DNA from: Phoronis australis
Lineage: Eukaryota > Animalia > Phoronida
NCBI GenBank assembly: GCA_002633005.1
Contig: NMRA01000091.1
Span: 603,267-667,266 of the forward strand
Direction: 5' to 3'
DNA: 64,000 bases
Numbering within the stretch: the stretch's first letter is position 1; every line of letters begins with the position of its first letter. The translations under genes and the position numbers were made by a program. The notes under the pieces are model-generated. The model had not been told where the DNA came from. It did not search any database and saw only the letters and a list, made by a program, of their open reading frames with translations. Positions 51,376 through 64,000 of this stretch are shown here, piece by piece.

Positions 51376-53077
51376 AAGTATGGGCGAAGACGAACATTAC
51401 CTTTATTTTAACTCCTTCATAGCAGTAAAACATAAATTTGTGTTATCAAATTTTACTCAAAAGATATCCGCCTCCGACAGGAACACATTCCATTCCTCGG
51501 TATCGCATGTGGATAACCTCGTTCCTAATGTCTTGTTCTTCTCAGGTCCTCGATGTCTCGGTGAATTCTTTGGATTAGCTCGATCATGGCAGCTGGGGAG
51601 TCTGATATACTCTACATTACAGGAAACCCAACATTCACCAAACAGCCGGAGTGACGCTGTTTGTCTAATGTACATGTGCATGATTTAGGAAATGACGTAC
51701 GTATTCAGCAAGTTCAGATTGTAGGGGTACCGGAACCAGTGAGATCCAACCACACTATCTATGCGCGCACCCAGCATAAAATGTAGGGGGGCTCGAATTT
51801 TTCGGTATGCGGACCTTTTACTGAAAGAAATCAACGAGGACTAAAAAAAAAAAAACGCGACCACTAGGTTCAGGCCCGCGGTTTGTGCAACCGCGTCGAC
51901 TTCCCCGTGAATTTTGTGGACTTTCGTCGTTTACTCGGACTTTTTGTTTCACTGACGTGGACTCACTCGAGCTCCCCCCTGGGGGTGCGCCCATGTTGCT
52001 CAGCCTTTCGTTGGATGATCCGTCTGTGGTGACGATTTGGACGCGCGTTGTTGCCAGTAGCAGACTGGCTCTGGTTTATGCGTTTTATTTGGCTACTCTA
52101 TTTGTTTATTAGGAGACAGCACTTGATTGACATGACCTATGAGGACAGGCCAATGACGACATTGTTCCCAATAGAATACTAGAGAACATTTTCGTAGATT
52201 CCAGTATATAGTGATTCATACAGGACATTCTGGAGCCTAGCACATGTTTGTAAAATGACCTGATAGATTTGGGAAAGTTGTAGAATGTACTTGAATTGGT
52301 GAAACGTTCAACGTACACATAAATTAACGAGTGTTGAAGTGGTTCGAAGTTACTCAGCAGTTCATCACAATTCAAGGCTTCGCAGCACTGGCCAGAGCAT
52401 AAAACATACAGCCAGTGCCAGCTGATCCACGTGGTAAAATGCGATAGTTTCTTTAACATGACCTGGCGTTCCATTGGTTTGAAGTACCATTCAGTGCTTA
52501 AATTGTTTCAACATCAATGAGACCACAGTGAACAAGGTGGCCATGCTATGTTAAAAGTACCAGTGGCTGTAGTTGAGTTGTCTCCGTAGATCTCCAGCCA
52601 AAATTTCCTAATGGACACACTCTACAGGGATGCAGTCCAAAGTCAAGTTATTCGACTGCGACAGATTGGTAGAGTGCGACGTATTTTCTTCTGCTGATTG
52701 CTGTACTGTGTTTGGATTTTATTTGAACGTTTTCACGTGCGTGGGCAACCTGATTTAGCCTCGTTGCCCACAGATAGGATTTTTTTGAATTGGGTAAACA
52801 TACTCTATCTGGTCTTGGCACTCGGAGTCAGAGTTAGGTATCTGGCTGGCAGCCTTCTGTACCTAGCTCTGCGCAATACCTCAGTTTCCTCTCATTCTTT
52901 CTTCCGTGTGTCCCTGTGGATCTAAACTGTCTTCAGCATATCTTGTGGCGCTTTTGCATTGCCCACCAAAGATTATTAATTTTGTACATATTTTATCTTA
53001 TTTTCATCCCTATTCTTTGTATTTGTTTCCGACCCTGTTGCGCGTGCGCGATATTGACACCGGCACACACGGACCAG

Positions 53078-53227
53078 GCAGGTGTTCAGTAACGCTAGGA
53101 CCTACGCTAGGACCTGGTAAAAATCTGGCCAAAGTCACGTGTTCTCATTTGAAATACACGGCAATATCTCACGTAATCTCGTGAAGTCTTGCCTTTTAGC
53201 GAGGTTCTAGCGTTACTGAACGGTAGG
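53078..53227 (+). mobile_element. 150-bp Harbinger-type MITE
   Basis: GTTCAGTAACGCTAGGACCT / AGGTTCTAGCGTTACTGAAC inverted ends; CAG on both flanks. Confidence 0.82.
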
Positions 53228-55302
53228 CAGTATTTTCTATTTTATTCTGGTTATCCGTCGGAGCATAAATTGGGTGTAATTTCATTGCGCCGAGTCTGTT
53301 TGCATCACTAAAGGGCCTGGCTTAAGTTATCTGGAGCCTTATTTAGAGACCTTCATTCTACCTCGTATATCAAAATAGGCTATGTCAACTAGTAAAAGTA
53401 CACATATTCTGAAAGGAAAAAGATCAGAGATTATAAGAAATATGTTTTATATCTATGTGCCTCTATCATTATTACGTTACCTCCTTTTTAAGTCAGAATT
53501 TCATTTTAAGGAAGGTACGTTCATAGCCAAATAATCCCTTGTTCGATTTTAATGGAACTCTTTTTTAAATGAAAACTTCACAATTTACCTCAAAAACACT
53601 GTAAGGAATTTTCCATTACTCATTCAATTTTGTTCCTATTTCAAATTAACTCGCAAAACGTATGTGTGAGGTATTTTTCTGAAAAATAGCAGTCGTATTC
53701 GTCTATCTTACGTTTGGCAAAAACTAGTCGTTTACAAGGAAAATCCACAAGTGGTGAATAAATATTAAAATGGAAAGTTTCTGTGAAATTCACCGAGCCG
53801 TTTTCGAGAACTCGTGTTCCTAAGCTCAAATTAAATCATTTTGCCGAAGCCGAGGGAGTCATGATATCAAGAAACTAAGTGCGAAATGGACAACAGGTTT
53901 AGCAATTTGCTGTGTTAGAACACAAAATCACAGAGGCTGTGGTGCAGCAACTCCGATGACTTTCTCAACGGTCGTATGCATGCAGTCGCACAACTCCCTC
54001 AGAATACAAACTACATTATTCTTCGTTTTGCGCGGCATCTTTCTATGCTACAGTATGTACACCTCATTCACTATAATATGACGAAACGGTGAATGAATAG
54101 GACGGAGGGTACACGGAACTGGCGGTGGATGATTTGTTTTGAGTGACAGCCCTGTAATCTTTGACCTTGGATAAGTAGTAAACATGAATTTCCACGCTGT
54201 TGAAGGTGGTTTCACTAAATCTTTTTTCTCGTTATATGCATGGTACATATTTCGTATTAGAAATAACCCCGAGAATGAAAATGAGGTATTTTCTTGGCAT
54301 AAGTGAAATATAGTAAAAGTGGCCAATTTTTGTGAATAAGGTTTGAGATATCGTTTAATGGTCTGATTCATGGTCCAGGGCCATGCCTCTCTTGACTATG
54401 AACACCGGCACATTTTCGCGGGAACAAGTCGGTTATCAATCCGCTGTAAAAGGAGTCAAGTGGCATTGCAGCATCGGGGAAATTGTTGTACAGTGAGGTT
54501 CAGGTGTTGCGACTAAACATTTTTCGCATCTAGTTATCCACCTTTACGAATGGTCATGATCTTCATCTAATGTTTTACTTTGATTTCTATAATTCTCTAT
54601 CCTGTCCCAACTTAACTTTTGCACAAACATGCTCAATTCCTTCAATAGAGGTCGCTTTCGTCGAGGTGTTTTTGTTGTTTCTCTTGAATTAACTCGCATA
54701 TTTTAAGAGGAAAATTGATGCACTTAGTAAAAACAACAAAAATATAAAATGTTAAATAACCGGAGCCATAATTTTTACATTACCAGAATAAACAATTACC
54801 AGTTGTTTGTATATTTTGCAGTAACTTTGTATTGTATAAGAGTCCAGTGGTCTCACTGAGGACGGAATTCCATATTAAATATAACAGCACATAAACGACC
54901 TGTCAACTTTCTGGGCATTTCAGTTTACCGCGTTCTACTTTGACACATATAACATTGGTAATTGTCTGCACGTGTAATCAATTTACTTTTTGTGAAATTG
55001 CAGATAGGCCTGATAAAGGTAAGAGTTATTTACTTGAGTTTATTTACAAAATCACATGCACACATGTTATGCTATCATGAATTTCCAAAAGAGCCATCGC
55101 CAAGAAAGAACACCCATGGGGTCTATTTTAGGAAGAAGGTTTGAAAAGCCCAGATGGTCTCTTCTGGAATCATTTTGTATGCCGCGTTTATCAGAAATCT
55201 AACTTTTAAAAAATCCGCTCGGGTCCTGCGCAAAGGTTCTCCCAAGAGTTCCGTAAATTGCATTTGATGTACAAGTGAAGTTTTAGTTCAATTTAACACC
55301 TT

Positions 55303-55452
55303 GGTCCAGTTGCATAAAAGTTATACGCCGTATAGCAACAATGACCTCGCATTATCACGCGTCACGTTGCTATTGTTGAACAATGCACCTGACGTCATGC
55401 AACAATCAAACTTATCCAGCGGATAATTTTTGAAGCTTTATGCAACTCAGCC
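55303..55452. mobile_element. About 150-bp MITE
   Basis: AGTTGCATAAA / TTTATGCAACT inverted ends; CTG on the right flank. Confidence 0.6.
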
Positions 55453-57074
55453 CTGACGACCACTAAATTGAAGTTACAAACTCAAGTAAAACACACAATT
55501 TCGAGTTCATATATGAACTTACAGTAACCACAGATGTGTTTTGTGTTTTACAGATGCTCTTCGTTGTGGTATGTTATATGGTACTAAGTCAATTTATATG
55601 CGTTACTGCACTTCAACTTTACGAACGATCAGTTTTGGCTGTGATCTCCATGACTACAAAATTGACTATCGGTTTTGGTTTATTTTCGGATTTGCGGTTA
55701 GAAATACCAATGCTATCCAATGAAGTAATGTGTACTTGACATGTCGAAAAAGTGAAATCATCTTAGTAACAAGACTGTGCGAAATGAGGTGAGCGTGCGA
55801 AATATTAAGAATATTACTGTACTTAGCTGAAACGAGTTGTGCTATGGGTATGTAGCAACGATTCCGTATGACGTGACGGCGACAATTTGTAAAAGGTGGA
55901 GCCATTAACATTGTTGCGAAATTATTAAAAAAAATTAGTTTTGATGAAATCTGCACAACATTATGTTTGTAAATGGCTTGAATTTTATATTTCAGATAAG
56001 TACGGGAAGCCACTATGTAAGCTAATCAGAACATTTACCTGGCTAATTCAGCCCATACGCCTAAATCATATTCTTGATCACATACAAATGTTTCCTTTGT
56101 AAGCGTATGTATTGCTGCACTCGGCACATTGTGGCTCGGGTGGCTGCATATGCCTACATATAGCGCAAAAACATGTGACACAACACTTATTTATACAGGC
56201 ACCTATCCTCTGTGTAAGTGCATGTCTTAACTGCGTGTTTGTCCATTCTTAATAATTTTTTGTTCAGACAGTCGCCAGGTATCAATCGAAGTACATGTAT
56301 GTTCATTTACCAATCGGATGGAGATTTGTGATAAAGATATGGCTACTAGAAACCATTTTCCTAAAGCATTTTTTGTGAAAGACAGATGAGAGTGTCGATG
56401 GATTTCGAGTTAAAATGTTTGTCAACGGAAACTGTGTAAATATGAACACAAGTATTCTAACCGTTCAACTGAGCGAGCAGAATTTATTCCATTCCCAAAT
56501 CTGGCAAACGTCAAGAAATATCGAAGAAAAATGGGCCCGGGAGTGCCGGAGATTATACGACCAGTGCTGAACGTGAATCGTGTCAGTGGTAAAGTGTCAG
56601 CTGTATGCTTATATAAAAATACTCAGCAGGCTCAGATGTCATTTTTTATAAATTTCCAATAAAAGGCAGGAATAGCAAAATTGTACGCAGAATAGCCTGA
56701 GGGGACATAGTTAATGCTCGCTCAGGAGTAATCCAGGGTCGGTTACTTCACCAGTGGCAAGGCCTGCATCTTTTACCTCTTCTTTATGTGGTAACTTTTC
56801 CTGTTGCCTTTCCATTCCAACCTGTCTGAAAGCTCAAAATTGACCCAATTCCTGCAAATTCAATCTATCTGTGACCTACCTAGTTTAAGGAGTTCATTCA
56901 GGGCTGAGTTACATCAACAGAAAGGCGTTAGTTTGTCTTTGTGGAGAGAAATCTTGGCTTATGGAACAAAAATGAACCCAGTCCCACAATTCGACACCCC
57001 AATCTCCACTTAAGTGGCCGACATTTTACTGGAATAGGCAGGTAACTTGAGATCCAGAATATACAACCCAAACC

Positions 57075-57544
57075 ACCCGTTCCAATCGCCGTAACACCAT
57101 TCAAGAGTCTATTAAATGCAAGCCGTTACATGCTTGCAGCTCACTGTATTATATTACTACAATACATTACACACCATAACACTCTTCAACGAGTCCTACA
57201 TTCGTTTTTCAGTGAGCTCCAGGATCAAGTCTATGTTTACTCTTGTTGCCAAGATTTTCGCTTATGTTCAGGTTCGAGACTAGCAGCAAACTGTATTTCG
57301 GGCCGAATTTACAAAATGGCAGCCTCAGATGAAAGTACCGCTATCCCAGAGCTCTTATGTCTCGCGACTTCAAACTTTTTTTCTTTGCTCAAAGAAAAGG
57401 CCGTCTCATTGTGGGCACTGTGGCACTCGTTGAAGAGTGTTACGGTGTATAATGTATTATAGTAATATATTACAGTGAGCTGCAAGTATGTAACGTCTTG
57501 CATTTTGTAGGGTCTTGAATGCTGTTACGGCGTTTGGAACGGGT
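57075..57544. mobile_element. 470-bp foldback element with about 125-bp TIRs
   Basis: ACCCGTTCCAA..CTTGCAGCTCACTGTA..TAACACTCTTCAACGAGT is mirrored by ACTCGTTGAAGAGTGTTA..TACAGTGAGCTGCAAG..TTGGAACGGGT. Confidence 0.85.
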
Positions 57545-59364
57545 CCAACAGTCGCGTTTCATTCGCGTGACTGGCGATGTCGTGCGAGATCTTCATTTCT
57601 TTATGTGGGTGATCCTTTATGAATCCCCAATATTCCTCAACTGCTCGTGAATTTTCCAAAACATTTCGCTGAAAGAATTGAAACCAACCTGTGAAAGGTT
57701 CGTTGAATTATTATGAACTTTCAAGACATTGTTACAGCGTGTGATGTGATGTAGCCACAGGTGGCTTGCTGACATGACTAAAGGTTTGCGATAAGCAATT
57801 TTCCTTATAAATTTGTTTGTAATTCTCTCTGGCTTCGAAACCCAACATTTTTCTTCAAAAAGCCTTTCAGCTTTAAATGTTCAACAAAATTTACTGAACA
57901 GTCGTCTTCGTTGTATTGGCAATGACGGCTTATAGAACCAAAATTATTTAAATTGCCCACGATTTTGTATAGATACAGCTAATTTCTTGAGTCCGCTATC
58001 ACTGAAGAGGCCACCCTCATTTTAAATATCATAATAATAATAATAATAATTTATCAGCCCAAAGTTCGCATTGATGATTTGTTAGCAGCTATAAATCCTT
58101 TACACTTCATATCTTGAATACTATATATAATACGTAAACGGATCGTGGACCCGTTTTATGAAAGAAATGAAGTCCGTTCACGGCACATCACTATCAATGT
58201 TTGTTGTTTATGCCAAATGTTGATTCTGTCTTAAACATGACCGTAATCTTATGAAAATAGAAGTACCACCTTGGTGAACCGCTTTACTGAATTATTTGCC
58301 AATAAAATTTGAAAAAAAGACCGTCTTAGCTACGACCAGACTTCCCATCTCCGATAAAACGTGTCCCTTGTGTTTTGTGCTTGATTGCCCTTGTGTCGAG
58401 ATTACATTTTCTGATATTAACACTGTTTCAAAATGCTTCCAGCCGTACAACGACCTCTTGAGCCACTTCACCATTTGTCCACACAAGGTTTGTATTGCAA
58501 GATTTAAATCTGAATATTTGAAATTTCATCGAATTTGCTAGCGTAATAAATTGGGCGGGTTACGCTCTGTGTTTACGTCGTCAACCACTCATTTTACTAA
58601 CACCCTTTAACTGCTAGAGAATTTAGACAAATTCTCTGATATTGGGTATTTTCTTGTGCTTCAGTGACCAATAGTAGGACTGTAGAAGATTTTGATTTGC
58701 TTTTCTATCGGTAACCGCCTGCGGTTGAGTCTGTTATTAGTGCTAAAAGATGGAGGTAGAATGGTGAATTCCGTGACACGACGAAGACCTGTGTTTTGTA
58801 ATCTCCGTAACCTGTTGACTTGGTCCCGGCTCTTATAATGCATTACTAGATACCTCTCTTCCAATTTCTGTGCAGCAGCTCTCACAGCATTTGTAGGTGC
58901 GAATGTCGCCCTGTACATGAGTCATCGGTAGATGCAACTCATGTGTGCCAAGATGTTGCGCAAAATGATTAGTGGGGATTCCAAGGTTGGCTTTATTCGA
59001 TTTCCCACGTGCTTGTCTGCACTGAAATCACGAATCCAACGAGTAACTCACCGTGTCGCTTTATGCAAGCGTGCTAAAGAAGGCAAACCTGAAAAGTCAA
59101 AACCTTATGACGTAAGACACAGGTGTGGAGCGATAGAGGAGTATTTTAAAAAATCAGTGTGGTTCTACCTTACCAAACTCATACAATGTATTTAGATAAA
59201 TTGACCTATTGCCAGGCTTATGACTGACGGCTTAACCAACCAATCAAAACGCAGCATTCTCGATACACCTTCGTCTGCGTTTCCAAGCCGCCATTTTACC
59301 CGACAAACAATGTCGTTGTCGGTAAAACTTATTTTAGTCTATAGATAAAAAAATGTTTGACAAA

Positions 59365-59582
59365 ATGGTGAAACGGTGTTGATATGGCGTGTGTAGTTCT
59401 GATTGCCGTTATACACCTAGAGAAGAATATCCCGTCATTTTTTTGGGCATTCCCTAAGCCGAAAAGTGTCGACTGTGAAAACGATGGATCAAACTGTGAA
59501 CGGCCAGACGACACACGAGCAGCTAAACATAACAATGTTGCTGGATTACTCGAAGGGTAAACACATATACATTTGTTCCAAG
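59365..59582 (+). pseudogene. Degenerate THAP domain of a different DNA transposon lineage (possibly ISL2EU/Harbinger-related)
   Basis: MVKRC*YGVCSSDCRY..VIFWAFPKPK / KRWIKL / HEQLN..KHIYICSK across a stop and frameshifts; retains the C-x4-C, P, W and C-S-K THAP signature positions. Confidence 0.6.
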
Positions 59583-60224
59583 ATACGTACTTTTCAGTTT
59601 GGTGGCTATACTGTAGGCCTATCTGATTTTGACTCCGGAGTTTCAATCGTGTGAGGGCCTCTGTCTCGGCATCAGCTGGATCCCAGCACAAGTCTAGCAG
59701 TAGTCCCCGGAAAGTTGTTTTTAAGGACATTTTTATTGTTTTTCATTTATTTCTACCTATAATGGACACCGTTCTGTGTCGTAGCACAGGTACAGTTTTT
59801 GTTATTCATATACCCGTTGGCTGGTGTTCAACTGAACTTCTCACCAAAATTGATGGATTCGATGGCACATGCTGGGAGGGCACTAAAGTACTGAAATCAA
59901 AGCATCGTTCGAGCTGTTGTCACGAAAAAATAAACAGTTGAATTACTTTTTGATAAGAACTTATAGTATACACTACGCCTGTAGCTATAAGGAGAGCTCC
60001 TTTTGTTGTTGTTCAAACACGATACGTGGATTTATGAAGCTTTAAAAAGCAATTTTAGTTATTTTTGTAAATGGACACTTTTTTCCACTACACCAGACTC
60101 GTCATCTTTTGTTACCATACCACAGCTTTGTGATCATGCTACGTTTAAAATTAAATGCGAAATACCTTTATGCAATGAAACTACAAAATTTATGAAGCCT
60201 AGCTTAAATGTCCACATCTTCGGG

Positions 60225-60611
60225 GTCTGTTAGCTAAGCTGAGAACTGTTTGTTCAAACCACTCCATGTACAAGTTGGCAAAGACTGGTGATAGTGGCGA
60301 ACCCATTGTCATTCTTTGTGTCTGCTCGTAGAACTTGTCTCGGTACTGGAAGTAGGTGGTATTGACACAGAATGTCACTAATTCCAGAATGGAGCCTGTT
60401 GGGATGTTTACATCCTCTGATGGCTTGTGGTCATGTTCTAATTTTGATCTGAGTAATGGGAGGATCTCTGATGTTGGTACACTTGTGAATAGGATTTCGA
60501 CATCAAAGCTCACCATGGTGTCATCTGGTGTAATGCTGACTGAAGACAACATGACACGAAGTGCTTCGGGTCCTTTACGTACTAGGCAGTTTTCCCAACT
60601 AGTGGGGATAT
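60225..60611 (-). pseudogene. Penelope-like retroelement reverse transcriptase fragment
   Basis: ISPLVGKTA*YVKDPKHFV / MVSFDVEILFTSVP, YFQYRDKFYEQ and MGSPLSPVFANLYMEWFE, typical PLE RT motifs; truncated before the YxDD motif. Confidence 0.85.
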
Positions 60612-61674
60612 GATGTTGTGGAGGAATCTAGCATTTCTGTATATTAACATTCATTGAAAATATTTTCAGCTTTAAGCCGGTACAGAAAAGGTAAGTCCGA
60701 ACAACCGAACGCTCACTCTTACAAGATTTGATAATCTTTAGATTAAACCGTACCTATGTAGAAAATATCTTCGGATCTTTCAAGTCATGTAGAATGTACC
60801 AAAATAAAACAGGTTTCATAGTGTTCCTTACTGGAAGGATGTTTGGTTTGAAGTGTTGTACTGCAGTATGCGCGTTGGGAATGGCTGAGTAAATGGTCAG
60901 TTTATATTTAGAGTAACGTATATCCAGCCATGATTCATACTCTTTCAATGAACTGTAGAGGACTCTGCGATACTTTCAAAAGAAAAAGAAAGTTACATGT
61001 ATGTAAACAGTCAAAAATATTCGATTAACTGTCTCCAAGACACAATTTCTGTGGACAGTAACTTAAAACGCCCGTCTGTCAAAAGTGGTAAGAAAAATTG
61101 TATCGCAGGAACTTTACAAGTATGAAGATATCCTATTAAAATGTCTTCACGCTTATGATGTTATTGATTGACTAATATCCAATGACCAAAATAGTTAGGA
61201 GACCACATATACTGTTCTTGAATATATCATGTCATGCTTATTTTCCTTGTTTTTATTGTTTTCAACGTTTTGATAGATGAATGATGGTATAAAACTCCGC
61301 GCTATCATTTCTTGTCAAATACTTTGGAGTCGCCAGTTAAAGGCGAAGGCAACCTTTTTCCATGTCATTTTGAGCTAAAATAAGGTTGGTTGGTTATCCT
61401 AGACATATTTTTCACTTAATTACAGCTTTTCGTAATTTTATTAATTACTCGTCCGCTTTTCCGGAAGTGACGTTTTAGGAGGCAAGCGCTTCCCGCCACT
61501 TGGTTTTGCGTTGAGCTTACTGTGCGAATCTGTTCTATTCTACTTTTGTTTTGTGCTATTTTTCACCAATTGTCGCCACCACTTTCCATCGGCGAGTATT
61601 CTGCGGCAAGATAGGTTAGTAGAGAACTCAACTGCGTTGGATTTAGGGATTGTTTAGTGTGTTGTAAGCTGAAA

Positions 61675-61986
61675 ATGGCTGGAGTCGGTGACCCGTATCA
61701 CAGTGACAGTAGTGTGAGTGACGGAGACCTTGTTCACAGCAGTGGTGACGAGGAATTTTTTCACGGACATTCAGTGGGTGGGTACATGTTTGAGCCCGAG
61801 TACAACGAGGCAGAGTACACACAGGCACAGGCAGCTGTTGAGAGAAACGAGGCGGCTACTGAAGACAGACGTGGTGACACATCTTGGTGCAAATGCACTG
61901 TGTGCGTTGTTATGCCTACCTCAATTGAATGCTTGTGCTGTTCCGAGTTCCACATCAATTATCTTTTTGGTCTCTTCCTCCATTAG
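61675..61986 (+). pseudogene. KolX-like protein 5' part (acidic N-terminus, YMFEPE, Cys-rich P2X7-ballast/nanor-like motif), truncated at about 61948
   Basis: AAAATGGCT start; GGYMFEPEY; WCKCTVCVVMPTSIECLCCSE, then runs into antisense transposase sequence. Confidence 0.75.
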
Positions 61987-63016
61987 AGTGTATGTGGTAT
62001 ACTTGGCGGACCGCCCTGGTGAGTCAGACAAGTTCTCCTTCTCCATGAATTCCGCCACCAACTCGAGATGTTGTGACATGTATGCGTCATTGACAACTGG
62101 TATTAAATAGGAATTCTGAATGTTGTTGAATGTTGTTTTCGAAAAAAAACTTGACTTTTCCAAAGTCCATCATTGTCTTCACCGACTGAAACGTGTTTCC
62201 AGTGAAGAGCACACCACTGGACATGGTTAAGTGGACCTCCGGCATACCACGGACAGAGGAACAACTGTCCCACTTGCCAGAGTGTCCCGTGACACACTCC
62301 CACTGGATGGTGACCTGAGCACCCAAACTGCTTACATTGTGTCGTGTGACTCCCTCGCCACACACCTGGCACCTTCTAAATAGCTCCAACACTTTAGACA
62401 AGTCCACAATAAACTTATCAAAGTTTGGCTCACCGATCTGTTCACTGGACGACGAACTGTCCTCTTCACTGGGTGTCGAACTGGGCCTGTAATCACTCCC
62501 ACTACTCAATATCGCTGCAGGGCTGCTTAGAGGCTCTGGGCTGGAGAAAACAGCACAGGGCGAATCACTACTGGTTCCAGGAATTGCACGCTCTGGGGTA
62601 CGTTCGGAGGCACGGGTGACAGTAGATGAAGTGCCTCCACTGGCTCCAGTCACTGTACTGGCCACAGCTCGCGAGGCTTCTCGCTTCAAAAACGCACTTC
62701 TCGGGGGTGGCGACGGGGCACTGCCGGGAATCAACACAGACGGAATGGCATCCTTCTTCAAGCGTTGTTTCGCGGGGACCTTCATCAGTTCAGCGTACAA
62801 ATCCCTTTCGTAATCGGACGGCAGAAAGTGCTTGCCACACACACGGTAATTCTCCACTGCTTTGTACGTTGCGTGGACGGGTAACGCTGCGTTCTTCACA
62901 CGAACGAGCCAAGTACGGCGAAGTGTGTCATCCATCGGAAAGCGATGCAAAGGCACTCCCAAAGCGCGCGTGAGCCGATAATTACTACATCCCGGTACGC
63001 AGCAACAGTGTGGCAT
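61945..63016 (-). pseudogene. THAP-domain Kolobok transposase, 5' part; 309-aa open ORF (63016-62087), frameshift at an A8 run (62142-62149), truncated catalytic region
   Basis: THAP MPHCCCVPGCSN..HRFP..W..RVCGKHF..RLKKDAIPS; second Zn motif CQVCG..C..GH..W. Shifted frame gives NLS-DSPGRSAKYTTYTLME..KIIDVEL, matching the Kolobok (GDGRC)DSPGxSAKY motif with GDGRC missing. Confidence 0.85.
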
Positions 63017-63760
63017 GTTGACTGACTAGTAAATGAAAGCGAACGACGACGGAACTTAACACAACCGAGGTAGAACAATGACTGACTCGGCAGCTCTCAC
63101 AGTCAGACTATGTGAAAAGAAATTGGCGGGAAGCGCTTGCCTCCTAAAACGTCACTTCCGGAAAAGCGGACGAATAATTAATAAAGTTACGAAAAGCTGT
63201 AATTAAGTGAAAAATATGTCTAGGATAACCAACCAACCTTATTTTAGCTCAAAATGACATGGAAAAAGGTTGCCTTCGCCTTTAAGACCTTGTCACACTA
63301 TGACGAATAGCCTCAGTGCACGCGAATTTTTTTAGATTTTTTGTGATTTCTGAAGTCATGTACCACCGTAAACTCTTGTTATTTTATGGAGTTGCGACGG
63401 TCGCAACAACCTAAAATGACGACAGTTAATTCCTAACTGTCAAACGGAATTCGCCGTTTTCCTAAAAACATTAAAAAATTGCTGTAGGCATACGCTGGGC
63501 ATACACCGAGCATACGCTGGACCAATTCGCCACAATGTAACGAGCCTTAAAGTTTCGGGGAGCGGGGAGTACAAACGGAGAATGGATGTTAGCGTAGACC
63601 ACAGGAGATCTTTTGTGATTAACAGGCCGCGGTACTATCGTGACCCTTTGTGTCTCTCGTATCTGCGCATACACTACAGAAGTACATGTATTAGTGTCTC
63701 ACGCCACCTCAGTATTGTCCAGTTGTTGGCGATAGTAAGTGACGCATGTGCCGAATATTT

Positions 63761-63895
63761 GCGAGGGAACGTAAAAAAGCGAGGGAACGCAAAAAAGTAC
63801 GAGGGTAAACAAAATTTTTGCAATGGAATGCAAAATATTTGCGAGGGAACGCAAAGTATTTGCGAGAGAACGCAAAAATTATGCGAGAACGTAAA
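63761..63895 (+). repeat. Degenerate 18-21-bp tandem repeat (GCGAGGGAACGCAAAA) at the end of a non-autonomous element
   Basis: About seven imperfect units with no unique spacers. Confidence 0.75.
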
Positions 63896-64000
63896 AATCT
63901 TGATTTTTTCTCATCATGCCCCTTTGAGATCTCGGTAAAAGTGTCCTAATTTAACCGACAAGATCGACCAGCCAATGCGCTCCATAATTGATCATGGGTG

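Larger units (their letters stand above)
61341..63281. mobile_element. Young, internally deleted Kolobok DNA transposon (1941 bp)
   Basis: 158-bp TIRs (61341-61498 and 63124-63281, two mismatches seen), AGG...CCT termini, TTAA on both flanks (61337-61340, 63282-63285), two convergent ORFs. Confidence 0.9.

Noticed and set aside
58292-58541. Copia RT-like LKRSLYG motif and the Cys-rich ORF on the opposite strand
   Set aside because: An isolated short match with no other RT motifs, in AT-rich non-autonomous repeat-like sequence.
58661-59195. Short ORFs with splice-like signals (possible recombinase relic)
   Set aside because: Stops in all frames and no motif I can support.
61657-61986. Host P2X7 receptor or nanor gene
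   Set aside because: No channel domains, and it lies inside TIRs, so it is a transposon KolX fragment.
63761-63895. CRISPR-like array
   Set aside because: Eukaryotic context and degenerate abutting units without unique spacers; a minisatellite within a repeat.

Overview
Eukaryotic (animal, probably marine-invertebrate) genomic DNA from a gapped assembly. I reconstructed three spliced housekeeping genes on the + strand exon by exon from GT/GC-AG boundaries and reading phase: chondroitin polymerizing factor (CHPF-type, 6 exons, 740 aa), proteasome activator PA28-gamma (PSME3, 10 exons, 245 aa, two GC-AG introns) and CIR1 (8 exons, 374 aa). There is also an intronless secreted single-vWA-like ORF that lacks the MIDAS motif, and a probable divergent spliced transcript with only short ORFs that shares the CHPF promoter. 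The rest is dense in DNA-transposon derivatives. The most notable are two independent Kolobok-type elements (TTAA target site, AGG...CCT ends) at 61.3-63.3 kb and inside CIR1 intron 6. Each is internally deleted so that mainly the 5' parts of two convergent genes survive: a THAP-transposase and a KolX/P2X7-ballast-like Cys-rich protein. The young copy has 158-bp TIRs carrying an ETS-CRE plus E2F promoter-like module facing inward from both ends. Also present are CAG-terminal elements with 5-bp TSDs, CWG-TSD Harbinger-type MITEs, a Penelope-like RT fragment, a palindromic tRNA-derived repeat and a probable collapsed heterozygous TE insertion. All family assignments come from motif recall and manual inspection; no searches were run.
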